Positions 38,421 through 51,745 of a stretch of DNA of 64,000 nt are shown here, piece by piece. The position numbers and the translations under genes were made by a program. Numbering within the stretch: the stretch's first letter is position 1; every line of letters starts with the position of its first letter. The notes under the pieces were generated by a model that had not been told where the DNA came from, made no database searches, and was given only the letters and a program-made list of their open reading frames with translations. The stretch lies in assembly GCA_013265495.1 (NCBI GenBank), contig MU057887.1:1563985-1627984 (forward strand), given 5' to 3'. This DNA comes from Vicugna vicugna. Its lineage: Eukaryota.

Positions 38421-38959
38421 TCAGCCTGGCTTTATCAGTAATGAAGCTGACAATTTGATCTGCTTGACTTTGTGTCTCGTCTCACTTGGTTCAGAACGTG
38501 GGCAGGATGTTATTTACCAGACCCCCAAACCCCAACCACTGGCTCTGTGCCCCCTTGGGTACAACAGAACCCTCCCCGGGGTGCCCTGTCCCCAGTGTGG
38601 ACTTCTGCCTGAGCTCCTGAAAACCTAGGTCCACTCATCTCTTCTTCTTCTCCTCGTAATGAGCTCACCCAGGGCAGATACCCATCCAATTGCCCAGCTG
38701 CTGGGCCCAGTGAATAAGCGTCCGGGCGTGCAGGGGCCACAGCTGATTGGTGATGTCTGCCACTGGGCAGGGGGAGCAGCAGCACGTGTGGGGGCTGTGT
38801 GGAGTCAGGTTCCCAGAAAGCTCCAGCTCCGGGGTCTGACGCTGGGCTCTGTAGAAAGGCTTTCCCAAGAGCAAGTGATCATGGCAGGACTGAGATCTGA
38901 AACCACCACCACACAAGGAATCACGGGCAAGGCGACCATCAAATCCATGCTGGCATCTC

Positions 38960-39875
38960 TTCAGAAAAGATTTACAAATGGCCGATGAGCAGGTGAAAAG
39001 ATGTTCAAAACCATCAGTCCTCAGGGAAACGTAAATCAAAGTCACAGCGAAACACCGTGTTGCACCTGCAGGTGCTATAATTAAAAATTGAAAAAATCAA
39101 GACTGGGGGGTGTAGCTTAGCGGTACAATGCATGCTTAACATGCACGAGGTCCTGGGTTCAGTTCCTAGGATCTCCATTAAAATAAACAAAAACCCAATT
39201 ACCTCCCCCACCAAAAAATAATGAAAATAAATAAAAATTAAAAAGTGGAAAATAACAAGTGTCGACGTGGGTGTGGAGAAACCAGAGCCCTGTACATTGC
39301 CGGTGAGAATGTAAAATGGGGCAGCCACCGTGGAAGACAGTTTGGCAGTTCCTCAGCAAGTCAGAGTTTCCGTATGACCTGGCAGTTATGTGAAAGCAGC
39401 GACTCGAGCAGATACTTGTACGCTCATGTTCACAGCAGCACTAATCACAATAGCCAAAAGGTGCAAATGACCCAAACACACATCCACAGATAAGCGACAA
39501 ACACAGTGTGGCACATCCACACCACGGAACATCGTTCAGCTGTAAAAAGGAACGAAGCACCGACACAACATGGATGGACTTTGAAAACATGATGCTAAGT
39601 GAAAGGAGCCAGGCACCAAGGACGCCCTACTGTGCGAGCCACTGGTACGAAATGTCCAGAAAGGGCAAGTCTGTAGGAACAGAAAGTAGATTAGCAGTTG
39701 ACAGGGGCTGAGGTGGGGGGGGAGGTACTGCTGATGGGTACAAGCTTTCCTTCGGGGGTGACTGAAATACTCTGGGACTAGTTGCCCAGCATCGTGAATG
39801 TCCTAAATGCCACTGAATTGTACACTTTTCACTAGTTAAAATGGCAAACTTTGTATTATGCGTACTTGATCACAA
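38960..39875 (+). mobile_element. L1MB-like ORF2-end/3'UTR with nested SINE
   Basis: aagatttacaaatggcc...gtgaaaagatgttca...; ggtgagaatgtaaaatgg; atggatggactttgaaaacatgatgctaagtgaaa; aatgccactgaattgtacactt. Confidence 0.88.
39105..39235 (+). mobile_element. tRNA-derived SINE (Vic-1-like), long form
   Basis: gggggtgtagcttagcggta...catgcacgaggtcctgggttcag, aattacctccccc domain, A-rich tail, degenerate TSD aattaaaaa(t/g)tg. Confidence 0.88.
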
Positions 39876-40549
39876 TGACTCCTACAGCAGCCACCCAGCG
39901 GGACAGCAGGGTGTCCCCAGAGTGGCTGTGGCACCAGAGGTGCAGACAGATGAATTCAGGCCAGGGCAGTAAAAGGCAGAAATGACCAGCACAGTGATTG
40001 ACAGGATGTGGGCGGGATGGAGACCAGAGAATCTGGGTTGATGCCAACCTGTGTCTGGGTGGATGCGTGCCTGTCACGTGGGTGGGAGCACATGTGAGGA
40101 GCAGTTTGGACCTGGTGATGTCCGTGGGATGTCGCATGCAGTTGTGCCGTGGGTCTGGGCTGGAGGTCACGTCACGTCCAGACTCCTTGGTGAACAGATG
40201 GGAGTGAATCTGCTCAGGGCAAGAGAGAGGGGCCGGGAGCAGGGACCCCACGTCCTTGTGATCGGGGACAATCCTAGGTCATACTTACTGTACTGCCTCA
40301 ATGCGGCAGGTGCCCTTTTCGCTCTGGGGAGAATCCTTGCTGGGCGACGACTTTCATGGTAGCCCACCACAGCTAAGGGCAGGGTGGCGGAGGAGGAGCC
40401 CGTGAACGAAACCAACACGGCCCAGCCGGGGTTGGGGGGAGGCAGGGGTGAGGGGGCCCACAGGGGCAGTGCCAGCCCTGAGCCTTTGCCCTCAGCTGCC
40501 CGAGCCTCGGATGCCACACAAGCGCAACCCAGCTGGTGATTATAGAGCA

Positions 40550-40925
40550 ACGTGGCTGAGAGCTCAGGGTTCAAGCCTGTACTCAGCCTGGGAGGAGCTG
40601 CAGACCTTGGACCAGGGTTTCTGCACCTTAGCACTAAGGACACCTGGGGAGGACCACTCCCTGGGGCAGAGTTGCCCCGGGCACTGGAGGACGTCCAGCA
40701 GTGCCTTCTGCCCACCAGAGGTCAGGAGGCGCCCCTGGGTGGGCTATGACAACCACAAATGTCTAGACATTGCCAAGTGTCACCCCACTGAGAACCACCG
40801 CCTTGGACACATCACGTACTGTCAGTGCTTTGGTTTCTTCGTCTGTAAATGCAGATACTAAAGGTGACCTCCTGGGATCCCATGAGGGTTAGACAATATC
40901 ACAGACACAGCGCACGTGGCACATT
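40550..40925 (+). mobile_element. MIR split by a MER20-like insertion
   Basis: gggttcaagcc...gaccttggac | acatcac...ggtttcttcgtctgtaaatg...atgagggttaga. Confidence 0.7.
40613..40800. mobile_element. MER20-like hAT DNA transposon fossil
   Basis: cagggtttct...tgacaaccacaaatgtctagacattgccaagtgtc...tgagaaccaccg; perfect 8-bp TSD ccttggac. Confidence 0.88.
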
Positions 40926-43900
40926 TTAAGGGCTCCCAGTGTCAGTTCCGATGGGAAGAGGAGGTCCGGAGTCTCGGGCCCGGTGCTGGGGACACAGCAG
41001 GTGATCACCTGGGGGTTCTGGCCGTGTCTTTTGGAGACTGGCTTTGGGGAAGGAGCCCAAGGCAGCTCTGGGAGAAATGCTCAGAAGCGACCTCTGGGTA
41101 TTCCCGCTGCCATGACACTTGGGTGGTCCTGGTGGGACCCGCAGCCTGAGCCGAGCGCCCGCCCTGGGTCTGCCGCTGTGCTGCCGCCCGGGCGGGGTGC
41201 TCTGAGGCAGTGGGGAGCCGGCTTCTGTGACTGGCGGAAGGGTCCTAGTCTTTCTCCCCGCAGGGCAGCCAATGACCAACTCAGCCGGGGACTCGCTCCA
41301 CAGAGCGGGCACACCAGCATCGTCCACCCCTCCTGGCCTGCCTGGGATGTCCTGGTCTTGGCACTTGAAGCCCCACGTCCTGGCAAATCTTCCCGTTTCG
41401 GGCGGGCGGCCACCCCTGGCTGTCCCGACCCAGCTTCCCCAGCCTTCCCCAAGCTTGCACCTGGGCAGCAGGGCCCCTGGGCCACCAGCTCTCCAGCTGG
41501 TCACACCTCAGGCGGCACCGGTTGGGTGACCTCATTTAGGCCCGGAGCAGAAATAGAACACGCAGCACCAATTAGCAGCTGCTCGTGAGCTGAGGGCGGC
41601 AAATCCCCCACAGCCTCCCCCAGGACAGGCGGTGCAGGGTCGTGGAAAATTCCACATGCAATGTTCCTCCACTGGTGGGAGAGGCTGTGAGGATGGGAAC
41701 ACACTCAGCTTTGCCTCCTGCTTGTCTGCAGGCCAAGGGTGAGAGCCTTTGGGGCCAGGGGAGGCGCAGACCCCAGGGATCCTGATTCTGTGGGGTGGAG
41801 GTGAGATTCTGCTCTTTCCACACGCTCCCCACGTCATCTGGGCACAGGGTGTCCTCGCACTGCTCAGTGAGATGAGGTGGGGTCCTGCCTCCCTCTGTCC
41901 CACCTGGGGTCTGGGATCCAGGCCCTGAACCTGCTCTACACCTGGCCTGGGGGCTACCTGCTCACTGCCCTGCCCTAGAGGCCAGCTGACGCATAGACGG
42001 CTGGGCAGGGCCTGGTAGAGGCTGCTGCTGCTGGGAGCTGGTCTCTGCCTCTCTGTCCACTCCGACTCTGGCCTCTTGGACCCACCGCAGCTGGCGTGGG
42101 CAGAGACCCCTGGCTACGTGCTAAGGGCCTTCCTCTGGTCCAGACTGCTCGGCTGGCCGGCCAGGTGACCGTGGGCCATTCTCATCACCTTTCCAGCCTC
42201 GCCCCGCCCCATCCTCTGTCCTCCCCTCTAGGGGCTGCATCCTGTTAAGAGTGGAGGGGCAGCAGAGACAACACCAGCTGGGGAGTCAGGGGTGCCGGGA
42301 CTGAGTCTGTCTCAGCCTTAGATTTACTGCTAGTTTTGGGGCCTCGACTTGCCCAACCACAAAGTGGGGGAGCAGAAGTGAGGACTGTAAGGAGCCCCCG
42401 GGGTTCTGACACTCTGAGTCTCCTGGGCACTTCCGGGCCCTCGGCACTCGGCCCAGGGCCTCCCGCACTCTGTGCTCCGACCTCTCGGGAAGCAGTAGGT
42501 AGGAAAGGCCTGAGTTCCGGGTGCACAGAGCTTGCTCTGTCTCCTGCTTAAACTCCTGCAGGAAAGAAATTCACCCTTTCCTCACTCTCTTCCTCTTCCA
42601 AGAAAGAAGCAGGTGGCAGCTGGCATGACCACGAGTCGCAGCGTGAATTCAGATCCACATTTAAAGGGTGCTGCCACCTCCCCCATGGGGGCAGACAGCC
42701 TGCGAGTCAGGGCCAGCGATCCCCCCCGGCCCCCACCCGCTCAGCGGGGGCAGGAACGCCCCGGGAGCTTGCAGGCCTGGTCGGAGCTGCGGTAGAGAAG
42801 TGGGGGGGCTTCAGGGTCACGTAAACTGATTTCTCAGCTGTTCACAGAGGACTCCTGAGTGCTGGAGGTCCCGTCCCGTGGCAGGCCTGCCTTCACCCCC
42901 AAACTGATCAAAATCCCTGGTGTGATGCCGGCATCTCATCAAGGCGATTTCCCACGTACTGTCCCCTCTGAGCTTTAGAAGCGCGCGGTGTGGTCATCAC
43001 CCCCAGTTCACAGGTGGGGAAGGTGAGGCTGGGGGAGGGGCTGGGACGCATCTGGATCACATGAAGCTGGGGCCACCTGACCCCTGGCCAGCTCTCTGGC
43101 TGCACATGGTGTGGTGCCCATGACTCAGGGGTGCACAGGAGAGAAAGGGAGAGGGGCACTGGGGAGCTCTCGTGGGACGTGGGTCCCGGGCGTCCAGTGC
43201 GGCAGGGTGCGGAGGCCTAGGGGGCAGGACTCCAGGCGGCGGGCGCTGCCTCTGTGGGTGGTTAGTGGGAAGGAGCTCAGACAGTCCTACGGCAGGGGAA
43301 ACACACCCAGTCTCTCTTCCCAATTCCAAACCCATCGGTTCCTCCTCCGTGCCGCCCTGGGTGGCCTGTGAGTGCGATGACTCAGGCCCGTCCCAGCTCC
43401 CACAGCCCCGCCGGGCCCTGGGCAGGACGCCTGGCCTGGTGGACGCTGGGTGTGGCCAAGGCGGGCAGCCGTGGAGGAGCGTCTGGGGTCAGCGGCTGAC
43501 AGGAGTGACCGCGGAAATGAGGAAACAGGGAAGCAGGCAGGGCCCACACTCGGCCAGGCTCGACAGGTGCTCAGTGCCCGACCTTGGCTGGGAGCCCCAG
43601 AGTGGCAGTGCTGGGACCCCACGTCCCAGCTGGGCCACAGCTGGGCTTTAACAGCTCCCAGGAGGGACCCATCAGGCAGCCCTTCAGCAGCTCACCTGGG
43701 GCTTCAGTCTCCCTACTTCCTTCCTCTCTGCCCCTGCCCTCCCCCTCCCCTCTCCTTTGATCTGAAGGAGAACCCCGTGAGGTACTTTATGACACTGTTT
43801 TACATATGGGGAACGTGAGGCCACAGGGGGCTGGGGCTTGCTCAGGCATCTTCCCCCTTCCTTCCCTCCCTCCCATGTCCTACCAAGCCACGTCCTGCAC

Positions 43901-44966
43901 AGGGCTTGCCCAAGCAGTGCCCCTTCTCCTGGACTTGACACTGACATTTATAAGACACGTGGCCCAGCTGCAGAGCAAGAGCTCTCCCTCTGAGCAGATC
44001 CCGTGGCCAAGACGGACCCGGCAGCAGGGCTGGGGTGAAGGGCCAGAGAGGGATGAGGGGGTCCCAGGCCCGGTGTAGCCCCTCTGGGACAGGGGTCCTA
44101 GTGGGAGGAGCCCCTGAGACCCCCGCAGCCAGAGTGATGGGGCAGGAGTGGGAGCGGGCATGCAGACACAGCCTGCCGCAGGGTCTCACAGATTCTAGCC
44201 GAGAGGGGCACAGAGGAGGCACCACAGGTGACTTTGGGGGGCCCAGCTGGTGCTGCCAGGCCCACCAGTTGGGAGGGCACCTGGCATCGTGGACTCCTGC
44301 CAGAGACCCCTCTCTGCTCGCCTTTGCTGGCCTGGATGTCTGTCCTGCTGGCCACCACTGTCTACACACTGCCTGATGTTCAAGGCTGGGGCTGCCCCTC
44401 TGCCAGGGGCGCACAGCAGGCTGCTGGACCTGGGAAGCCCTGGAGGGTTTGGGAAGGGCACCCAGGGCCTGGCTCCCATGAGGCTCCTGGAACTCTGTCC
44501 AGGAATCTCACTTCAAACCCGGATGCATTCCTCCTGACCAGGCACCATTCCAAGCAGCCTCCCGTGCTTGATAATTCTGCTGCCTGTGGCTGATTCCTGG
44601 CTGCCTGTGGCCCAAATCTTGCTTCACTCTGCGCCACCTAGAGATGGCTGGAAAATGCTGCATCAAGGGAATTAGCCTCCGAGCAGAGCCTTCTTGCTTC
44701 CTGGTGTCTGGGAAGGGTCTGGAGTCGTGAAGGTTGAGGTGGGCTGGGGGCCATGTGTGAAGGAGGAAGCACAGCTGGGAAGAACTGAGCTGGCTCTGGG
44801 AAGGGACTGAGGATTCCTACACAGAGGCTGGCCCTGGGGCTGTCCCCTGGGGCGCCCCTCCTCCACCCCAGGTCCAGCCCTTACCCTGCCCAGCCCTGCC
44901 CAAGCCAGTGACTTCCTGTTGTCCCTCTGCCCCCCGGGGACCACTGTAAGCATTTTGGCGCCTTCC

Positions 44967-45508
44967 TGTGGTGGCTGTCATGTGGTCATCCATCCAATTC
45001 ACACCCCATTTTGTAGTGGCGATGGGGCCTGGGAGGGGCTGACCCCCTGCTTTGCTCCAGGGATGGGCCCCAACTGGCGTCAGCCAGAGTAAGGCTATGT
45101 TCCTTTACAAAGCAGTTGCCTCAGGGACAGCAAGTATCTGAAGTCTAAACTGGCAGTGTGGGGCACCCTCCTGGCTGCTGAGGCTGGTTCAGGGGCGGCC
45201 TCACTGGAGTGAAGCTCTGGGAGGCAGAACGCTTACTCCCCTGGCTGTGACTAAGGAAGCCCGTAGTCCTGGTGGTTGCTGGCAGCCATGCTGTGACTAT
45301 GAGGGAAGCCAGTCTGAAGACCAAGTCTGCCCACAAAGGGGGGCAGAATCCAGACCACTGCTGAGAAACGGACCTGCAGCCCGGATTGGATTGTGTCAAA
45401 AGTCTTTCTCACACCTGGACTTTCTAGTTGCCGAACCAATAAATCCCCTTTAGCGTTTAAATCAGCTAGATTATGTTTTCTTCGTCTAGAGACATCTTAA
45501 CTGACCCA
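44967..45508 (+). mobile_element. Old MaLR LTR (MLT1J/K-like)
   Basis: gcagccatgctgtgactatgagggaagccagtctgaa...cctggactttctagtt...ccaataaatccccttt; boundaries approximate. Confidence 0.6.
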
Positions 45509-46800
45509 ATGACATTCTAGAATTTTCTTCTGTCTGTACATGTTAAACTTTTTCCAACAAGAGTGTAACCTGCCTTGTCCACTTAACAATAAACTGATCA
45601 ACCCTGTTAAAAAAAACAAAGGTGGAAATCATCATTTTTAATGGCTGTGCTGTGGCACACCGGTGGCCGCGTAATTCATTTAACTCATCTCATCTGTAGT
45701 GGGACGCTTAGACTGTTTCCAACTTTCAACTGTTTTCAGTAGTTGACAGAGAGCATGTACCTTCGGCCATCTGCCCAACCACCTCCTCAGGACGAGCCCC
45801 CAGGAGGGCGGCCGCAGTGTCCAGGCGTGCGCGTGCGCCCAGGGCTCTGGGCTCATCCGCAGCAGTGGGACGCCGCTGACGCTCTGCCGCCGCCGTGACC
45901 CGCTCCTGCACCGTTACCAACGTCACCCTTTTCCATCTTCGCCAGCCCACCAGCAAGTGGTATTTCATTTACTTTTTCATTTATTTTTTTAAAATTTTTT
46001 TAAATTGAAAAGTCCCATTTTCATTTGACCATCTGCCACTTGTGTTTCCTCTTTGTGCCCTTTGATGTATTTACTCAAACATTTAAAATATATACTTCAT
46101 CAAAAAAAAAATCAGACTGCTTCCTCCTGGGGCCTTTTACGTCCTCATTTATCAGATTTCCACATATTGACACTGGCGTACACTGTATGTCATACATGGC
46201 GTATATTCTGTCCAATTACAAAAACACTGACAAACAAGGTGGCATTTTTAGGGGTCAAATCAATCGCTTTGTCAGCATGGCCCCTGCCTCAGGGGCTGGT
46301 GCCGGTGCAGGAGATACTGAGGTCCTCCCCGGTGTCCGTGCCAGCCCTCCCTGGTTGGGGAGTGGCCACCGAACTGGGAAGGGTCCACTCCCATGGCAGC
46401 TACACGGAGGCACACTCACTGACCACGCCGGTGTGGTATCTCCAGGCCACAGTGACTGGTTCAGGGGAGGCACGTGACGCAAGCGGGCCGGCAGAGGCAG
46501 CTGGTGACCTCAGTGGTCATGTGCCTTCTCCGAACACACAGTCCCCTCGGGACCTGGCCAAGTACGCAAGCCGAGAGACTCCCTTTAGAGTGTGAGCTGA
46601 TCTGGACTGGATTTTGTGTTTTCTGCAACTTCCAACATCCCAACTCATGGAGAATTTAGTTGTACTAGGACTGGGATGTCGCTAGGTGCAGACCCTCAAC
46701 TCTCGAAGCGGCTGAACCAAGTTAGGGGAGGGGGCGGGAGGGAGAGGCCCTGTCTCTCATGGTGGGGAGGTGGGGACCCTTGCTATAGGTCATGAATTAT

Positions 46801-47195
46801 TGTGGTCGGCTGAATAGCGACCCCCCAAGATCTGCACATTGCTCCCTGGAAACTGTGAGCATTACTGTATACGGCAAAAGGGTGCTTGCAGGTGTGATTC
46901 GGTTGAGGGCCCTGATGGGGAGATCAGCCTGGGCTCCCCGGGCACGTCCTCGTGAGAGTGCCTGGGAGCCGTCGGTGAGAGAAGACGGCGTGACGACGGA
47001 GGCAGAGGTTGGAGGGGCGCGCTCTCAGGATGGAGGACGGGGCCCGAAGGGAGAAAGCAGTCTCCCTTGCAGCCCCCAGAAGAAGGCAGCCCTGCCCACA
47101 CTTTGCACTTCTCAACGCCGGGGCTGAGAGTAACTTGTGCTGTTTACGGGCACTTAGTCCAGGGCAACGTGCCACAGCAGCACTGGGAAATGTGG
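46801..47195 (+). mobile_element. MaLR LTR (MLT1C/D-like)
   Basis: tgtggtcggctgaatagcgaccccccaaga...tacggcaaaagggtgcttgcaggtgtgatt... Confidence 0.75.
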
Positions 47196-47894
47196 GAAAG
47201 GAAGCGACTATTACTCCCCCCACTTCACGTGGGGGCGCAGGCCACGGGGGCGGGCCCTCCACGCAGGCGTGGCTGTCTGCGCCAGTGAAGGGCAGGGAGA
47301 GGCTGAAGGAGCCGAGTCACCGAGGGGAAGACGCAGTGCACGGGGGCGGGGCGCACGTGCCTCCTCCTCCCTCCTCCCTCCTCCCGTCAGTGCTCTTGCT
47401 GACGCTCAGACTCCTGTCTCCTCTACAGACAAGCAGTGCGTGCTTTTCCCACACTGACAGTTGGTTTGGCCAGAAAGTGCAGCTACTGAGTGGAGGGGGA
47501 GAAGGCGAGTGGGCTCACACACACAGATCTTTGGCAGCAAGCTCAGGAGCCACGGCTGATGGGGGACCCCCGGAGAGTTTGGGACAGGAGACACTGCCTT
47601 AGGATGAGGTCCATGTGCGGCGCAGGGGTGTGGGGTGGGTGGGGAGAGGGGGAATGGGAGCTGGGCAGGGAAGCTCTGCATTCTGAATTTCAGGCGGCAC
47701 TCAGGGCCCCCCTTGCCCTGGGCATCCTCTCTGGCCACCAGGATCCTACCCAACCACTCTCCAACAACAAAGCTTGGGAGTTTTAGGTGGAAGGGTGGAC
47801 ACCCAGTCAGAACCTCCGCTTCCCAGCATCTCTTGACTGGGGTGGTCATGTGGGATGTGAGTGGAAGTGACAGGCGCCAGCGATTCACTGACAC

Positions 47895-48330
47895 GTCAAA
47901 AGCTCGGGGAAAAAAACAAGTAAAACCAACAAAATCACTGAAGTAGGAAGTAGCAAGTTTATCGAGCACACACCAGAAGGATAGTTTGCAAACCAGGCGC
48001 ACCCAAACCAAGATGTGGAGCGAGGCTCAGAGGGACGTTACGGAGCCGCCCACATGGTCTGAAGGCAGTGAGTGAGTGTGCTCCACAGCGACAGGCTACA
48101 ATTTCCTTAAATAAAAGAGAACTGGTTAGCGGTCACCTCATATCGACTTTGGGGAACAACTTAAGTTTCGCTTATGATTTTCAGACAAATAAGCAAGAAG
48201 TGATCCAGGTCACGTTAGCGTCACTTGTCTTGGAAAATAAGCTGAATTAAGCTTTGCTTGTATGACTAAACTGGTTTTGTCTGCTCAGGGAATTTTCCAG
48301 TTTGGCCTCTGTTTGTGTTTGATTTGAGCA
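47895..48330 (-). mobile_element. Probable ERV LTR remnant
   Basis: AT-richer block resembling reverse-oriented LTR (aagtttat near left end; taagctttgcttgtatgactaaactggttttgtctgctcagggaatttt). Family not assigned. Confidence 0.4.
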
Positions 48331-49849
48331 CACGTATTCGGTGTGTGGGTCTGAGTGTCTGATCTACCTACAGGAGGCCCTCCAAGGTCTGGCACCGGCT
48401 CAGGGAACCCACTCTACAGCCAAGGAGGTGGTGGTGATGTGCCCATGGCCACTGGACCCACTGTTCCTACAACATATCCCGCCCCACCCTGAGGCTGTGG
48501 CCTGACAGAGCAAGGAAACAGGCTTTCTGCTCGGAGCCCGCGACCTGCAAGGACAGAGCACGGCCTTCAGGACGCAGCGTCCAGCCTGCACAGTGCTGTG
48601 ATCCTCTCAGTGAGGACAGGGCTGTGGGAGCCGGGGGGGGAGCAGGAGGCCCTGACTCTCATCACTCTCAGGGGCATCCGTCTTTCCTGTCCTCCCCGTT
48701 CTGGCCTCTCCTGGAGGTTCCCAATCCCAGCATGGGAGCACTTCCAGAAAAAGACGCAGGAAGTCTCACTGAGCTTAAAAGTTACGGCTGCTGCCTACTC
48801 GCTTTGGGCTCCTTGTGCCAAGACTAGCAGGCAAGGAAAGGGGTCTTCTGACACTGGAAAAGGCAAGGATGCCACCGCACGGTGGGGGCAGAGAACGCTT
48901 CTGGCATCTACACGAACCATTGGGTTTGATGGAATATGGGCAAGTCCAGCGGCCATGACCTGAGAAGGGTGTGAGGCCTCTCGGATGAGAGTCTGGGTCA
49001 TCCGACAGGTTAAGAGACCTAGACCAGCAGAGGTGCTACTGGGGTGGGGGTGGGGGAGGGAGTCTACAACAGGTAATGGTGGAGGGACAGCACGGGTCAC
49101 TGTCGTGGCTCCAGGATCCTCTTGAAAGTCTCCCCAGTAAAAGGGACTAACCGGAGTCCTGGAGATGTTGCTAGATGGCCAACTTACGTGGAGCCAGCGG
49201 CCCTGAGTGGTGCACAGGGCGGGCAGTGGCAGACGCTGCCCTCTGCTGCCCAGACTCCCCCTGGAAGACCGAGGCTCTCATTTCCCTCAGGGTGGGGAGT
49301 ATCGGCTGCTGCTGGTTCAGCAGTAAGTCCCTCCTTGGGAACTGCGCTCAGCAGAAGGGCACTTCCTCCTCTTCCCAGGGGCAGCCCACATTCGATGACT
49401 GGTCCGTGCAGCCGTACAGACGCTCTACCTGCTCATCTCAACTCAAGACACCTCCGGGGCCCTCCTGGGTTGGCCTGATGCTCCATGGCAGCCCCTCAGC
49501 TCAGCTTCTCCCCACTGAGCCACCTTCATGCAAATATCCATCTCACCACCTGTTTCCCAGGGACCCAACTTGCATCACAGATGGAGCCACCCTAGATCAC
49601 CACCTGTTACGCAGCATCCAGTCCTCTCCTGTCTCCTTGCTTCAGTGATGATGTTTCCTCTACCTGGAACGGCTCCTTGCATTGTCCTGTCGCAGCTCCT
49701 CCACCTGAAACAGCAGCCACAAGTTGTATCAGTCGACCTGCCTCCCCGAGCCTCAGTGAGGGCTGTTCATTCACTGTCGCATCATTTACAGTTGCCTTTT
49801 CCAACAAGAAAAGTTACAGCAGCTCAGTGCATGACAGGGTAGGAGCTCC

Positions 49850-50690
49850 ATAATTACATTTTAATGTATCACAAAACAATTTACACGTGCAGAACACCAT
49901 AAAGAATAAAACAAACACCTAAATGCACTCCATCTGCCTTAAGAAATGAAGCATAATACAACTGAATCTTCTCTGAATTCCTCAACGTTCTCAGCAGCAC
50001 ACAGAGGCTACCACATTCCTTAATTTAGCTTTCCGTATTTTTACTTAAAAAAAGGGAATTACATGGTGTCATACCATGTGCATTCATAGTCAACTTTTTT
50101 TCACTCAAAATTGCTTGTGAAATTCATTTGTTGACATGTGTAACTAATTTATTCATGTTTACTATCATAGAGCGTTCTCGGGAACACTAAGTGTAATTGA
50201 TCAGCCTTCCCCAGGAGCCACGTTTCTAATGAACATTCCTGTCTCTGTGCACAGGCAAGTCGCCAGAGGGTACACAAAGGAGTGGGATCACTGGGCTGTA
50301 GAATGTATGTACCTGTGACTACTAGAAAGTGCGTACGGCCACCCAAAGTTACTGAATGAATTTATGCCCCATCAGCAGTGAACCAGCACTCTGCACTGCT
50401 CATGAATCCACATCCTCGTCAACTTGGCACTGACAAGATTGTGAGATACTATGCCAGCCTGTTAAGTGTGAAATGGTACGTCCTTGGCTGTAATTTTATA
50501 TTCACCTAAATCTTAGAGAAGGTAAGCCTTTTTTTTTTTTAAATGGAGGTACTGGGGATTGAACCCAGGACCGTGCATGCTAGGCATGTGCACTACCACT
50601 GAGCTATACCTTCCCCCTGCTCAATCGTACTTTGTTGCACAGATGAATGAAGGCTCTGCACATTTTTCCCCTGTGTTCCCACATTTGTTG
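49850..50690 (-). mobile_element. Degraded L1ME-like fragment with nested SINE
   Basis: caacttttttcactcaaaattgcttgtgaaattcatttg...aatgaacattcctgt...ccacatcctcgtcaacttggca...gtgtgaaatggta. Confidence 0.65.
50529..50617 (-). mobile_element. tRNA-derived SINE (Vic-1-like), short form
   Basis: Reverse complement reads ggggaaggtatagctcagtggtag...gtcctgggttcaatccccagtacctccattt-poly(A). Confidence 0.9.
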
Positions 50691-51464
50691 TCTGATTCCC
50701 GCGTAGTCCCACTCCTAGCCTACCTCTGCTGCACTCTGGGTCTCACGCCCGGCCTTCCACCAGATAGTCCTTCACGTCCATCTCTACCATGCCTCTGGCA
50801 TTTTCTGGAGATTCTCTCTATCTTGACTGTTTTTTGATTATGTTGCTCATACTGCTCACCTATGCCTGACCACTGGTTCTGGGATTTCACTCAGGCCTGT
50901 CCTCCCCTGTCTGACCCTGTCTCCTCATCTGGGGACTAATATGTCCTCTAACCTAGTGCCTGGCTGATGCCTCCCATCTGACCTCAAACCCAACGTATCA
51001 TAAACCCATCCTAAACTTGGTTCCAAACAGGCTCACTGCTTGCTTTGATGTTTCTGTCAGCGGTGGGAGTTATCCTTTGCTGAGACAGTCTTGAAGCCGT
51101 CAAGTCAGTCTTGGTCTCCCTCTTACTCCTTCCCCTAAGAGACAGTAGATGGGAAAGCATGAGGTCAGTTATGAGGAGCAACCAAATCTAAAATGTTACA
51201 GTTACATCCAATCAGTCACGAACTGCTGTCATTTGTTCCTTTGTAAACTCTATCCTGTTAGTCCTGCTGTCACTGCACTCACTGATCCTTGTGATAAGTG
51301 GGACCGAGTTGGGGAGAATCCCCAAGGTCCCCAGAGCTGAGGGCATGGAAAATCTGTAATCAGAGAATATAGTCAAGAACTAGCAGAGGTGTGTCCAGGA
51401 GCTCCCAAAAGCCATGCTGCAGTTCCAGTCTGAAATGCCAGTCCCCGACCCTCAGTTTTGGTCT

Positions 51465-51745
51465 ACAGCCGATAGAAATACAAAGCAAACCACGTACGTA
51501 ATTTCAAATTTTCTGGTAGTCACATTCAAAAAACAGAAAGAATATGAAAATAACTTTAAGCAATACATTTGACTGAATACAACATACACAATATATTGTC
51601 ACTTCAATATGTAACCACCATAAAGATTATCATTTTCATTCCTTCTTTTGTACTAAATCTTTGAAATCCTGGGTGTATTTTACCTTCACGTTTCAAGCGG
51701 CGATAGCCGGGGCCCAGGCAGCGGAATTTCTCTCGCTCCAGGCGC
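51465..51745. mobile_element. MER33-like hAT DNA transposon fossil abutting the CpG island
   Basis: gatagaaatacaaagcaaaccac...gtaatttcaaattttctggtagtcacatt...tactaaatctttgaaatcctgggtgtattttac. Confidence 0.65.
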
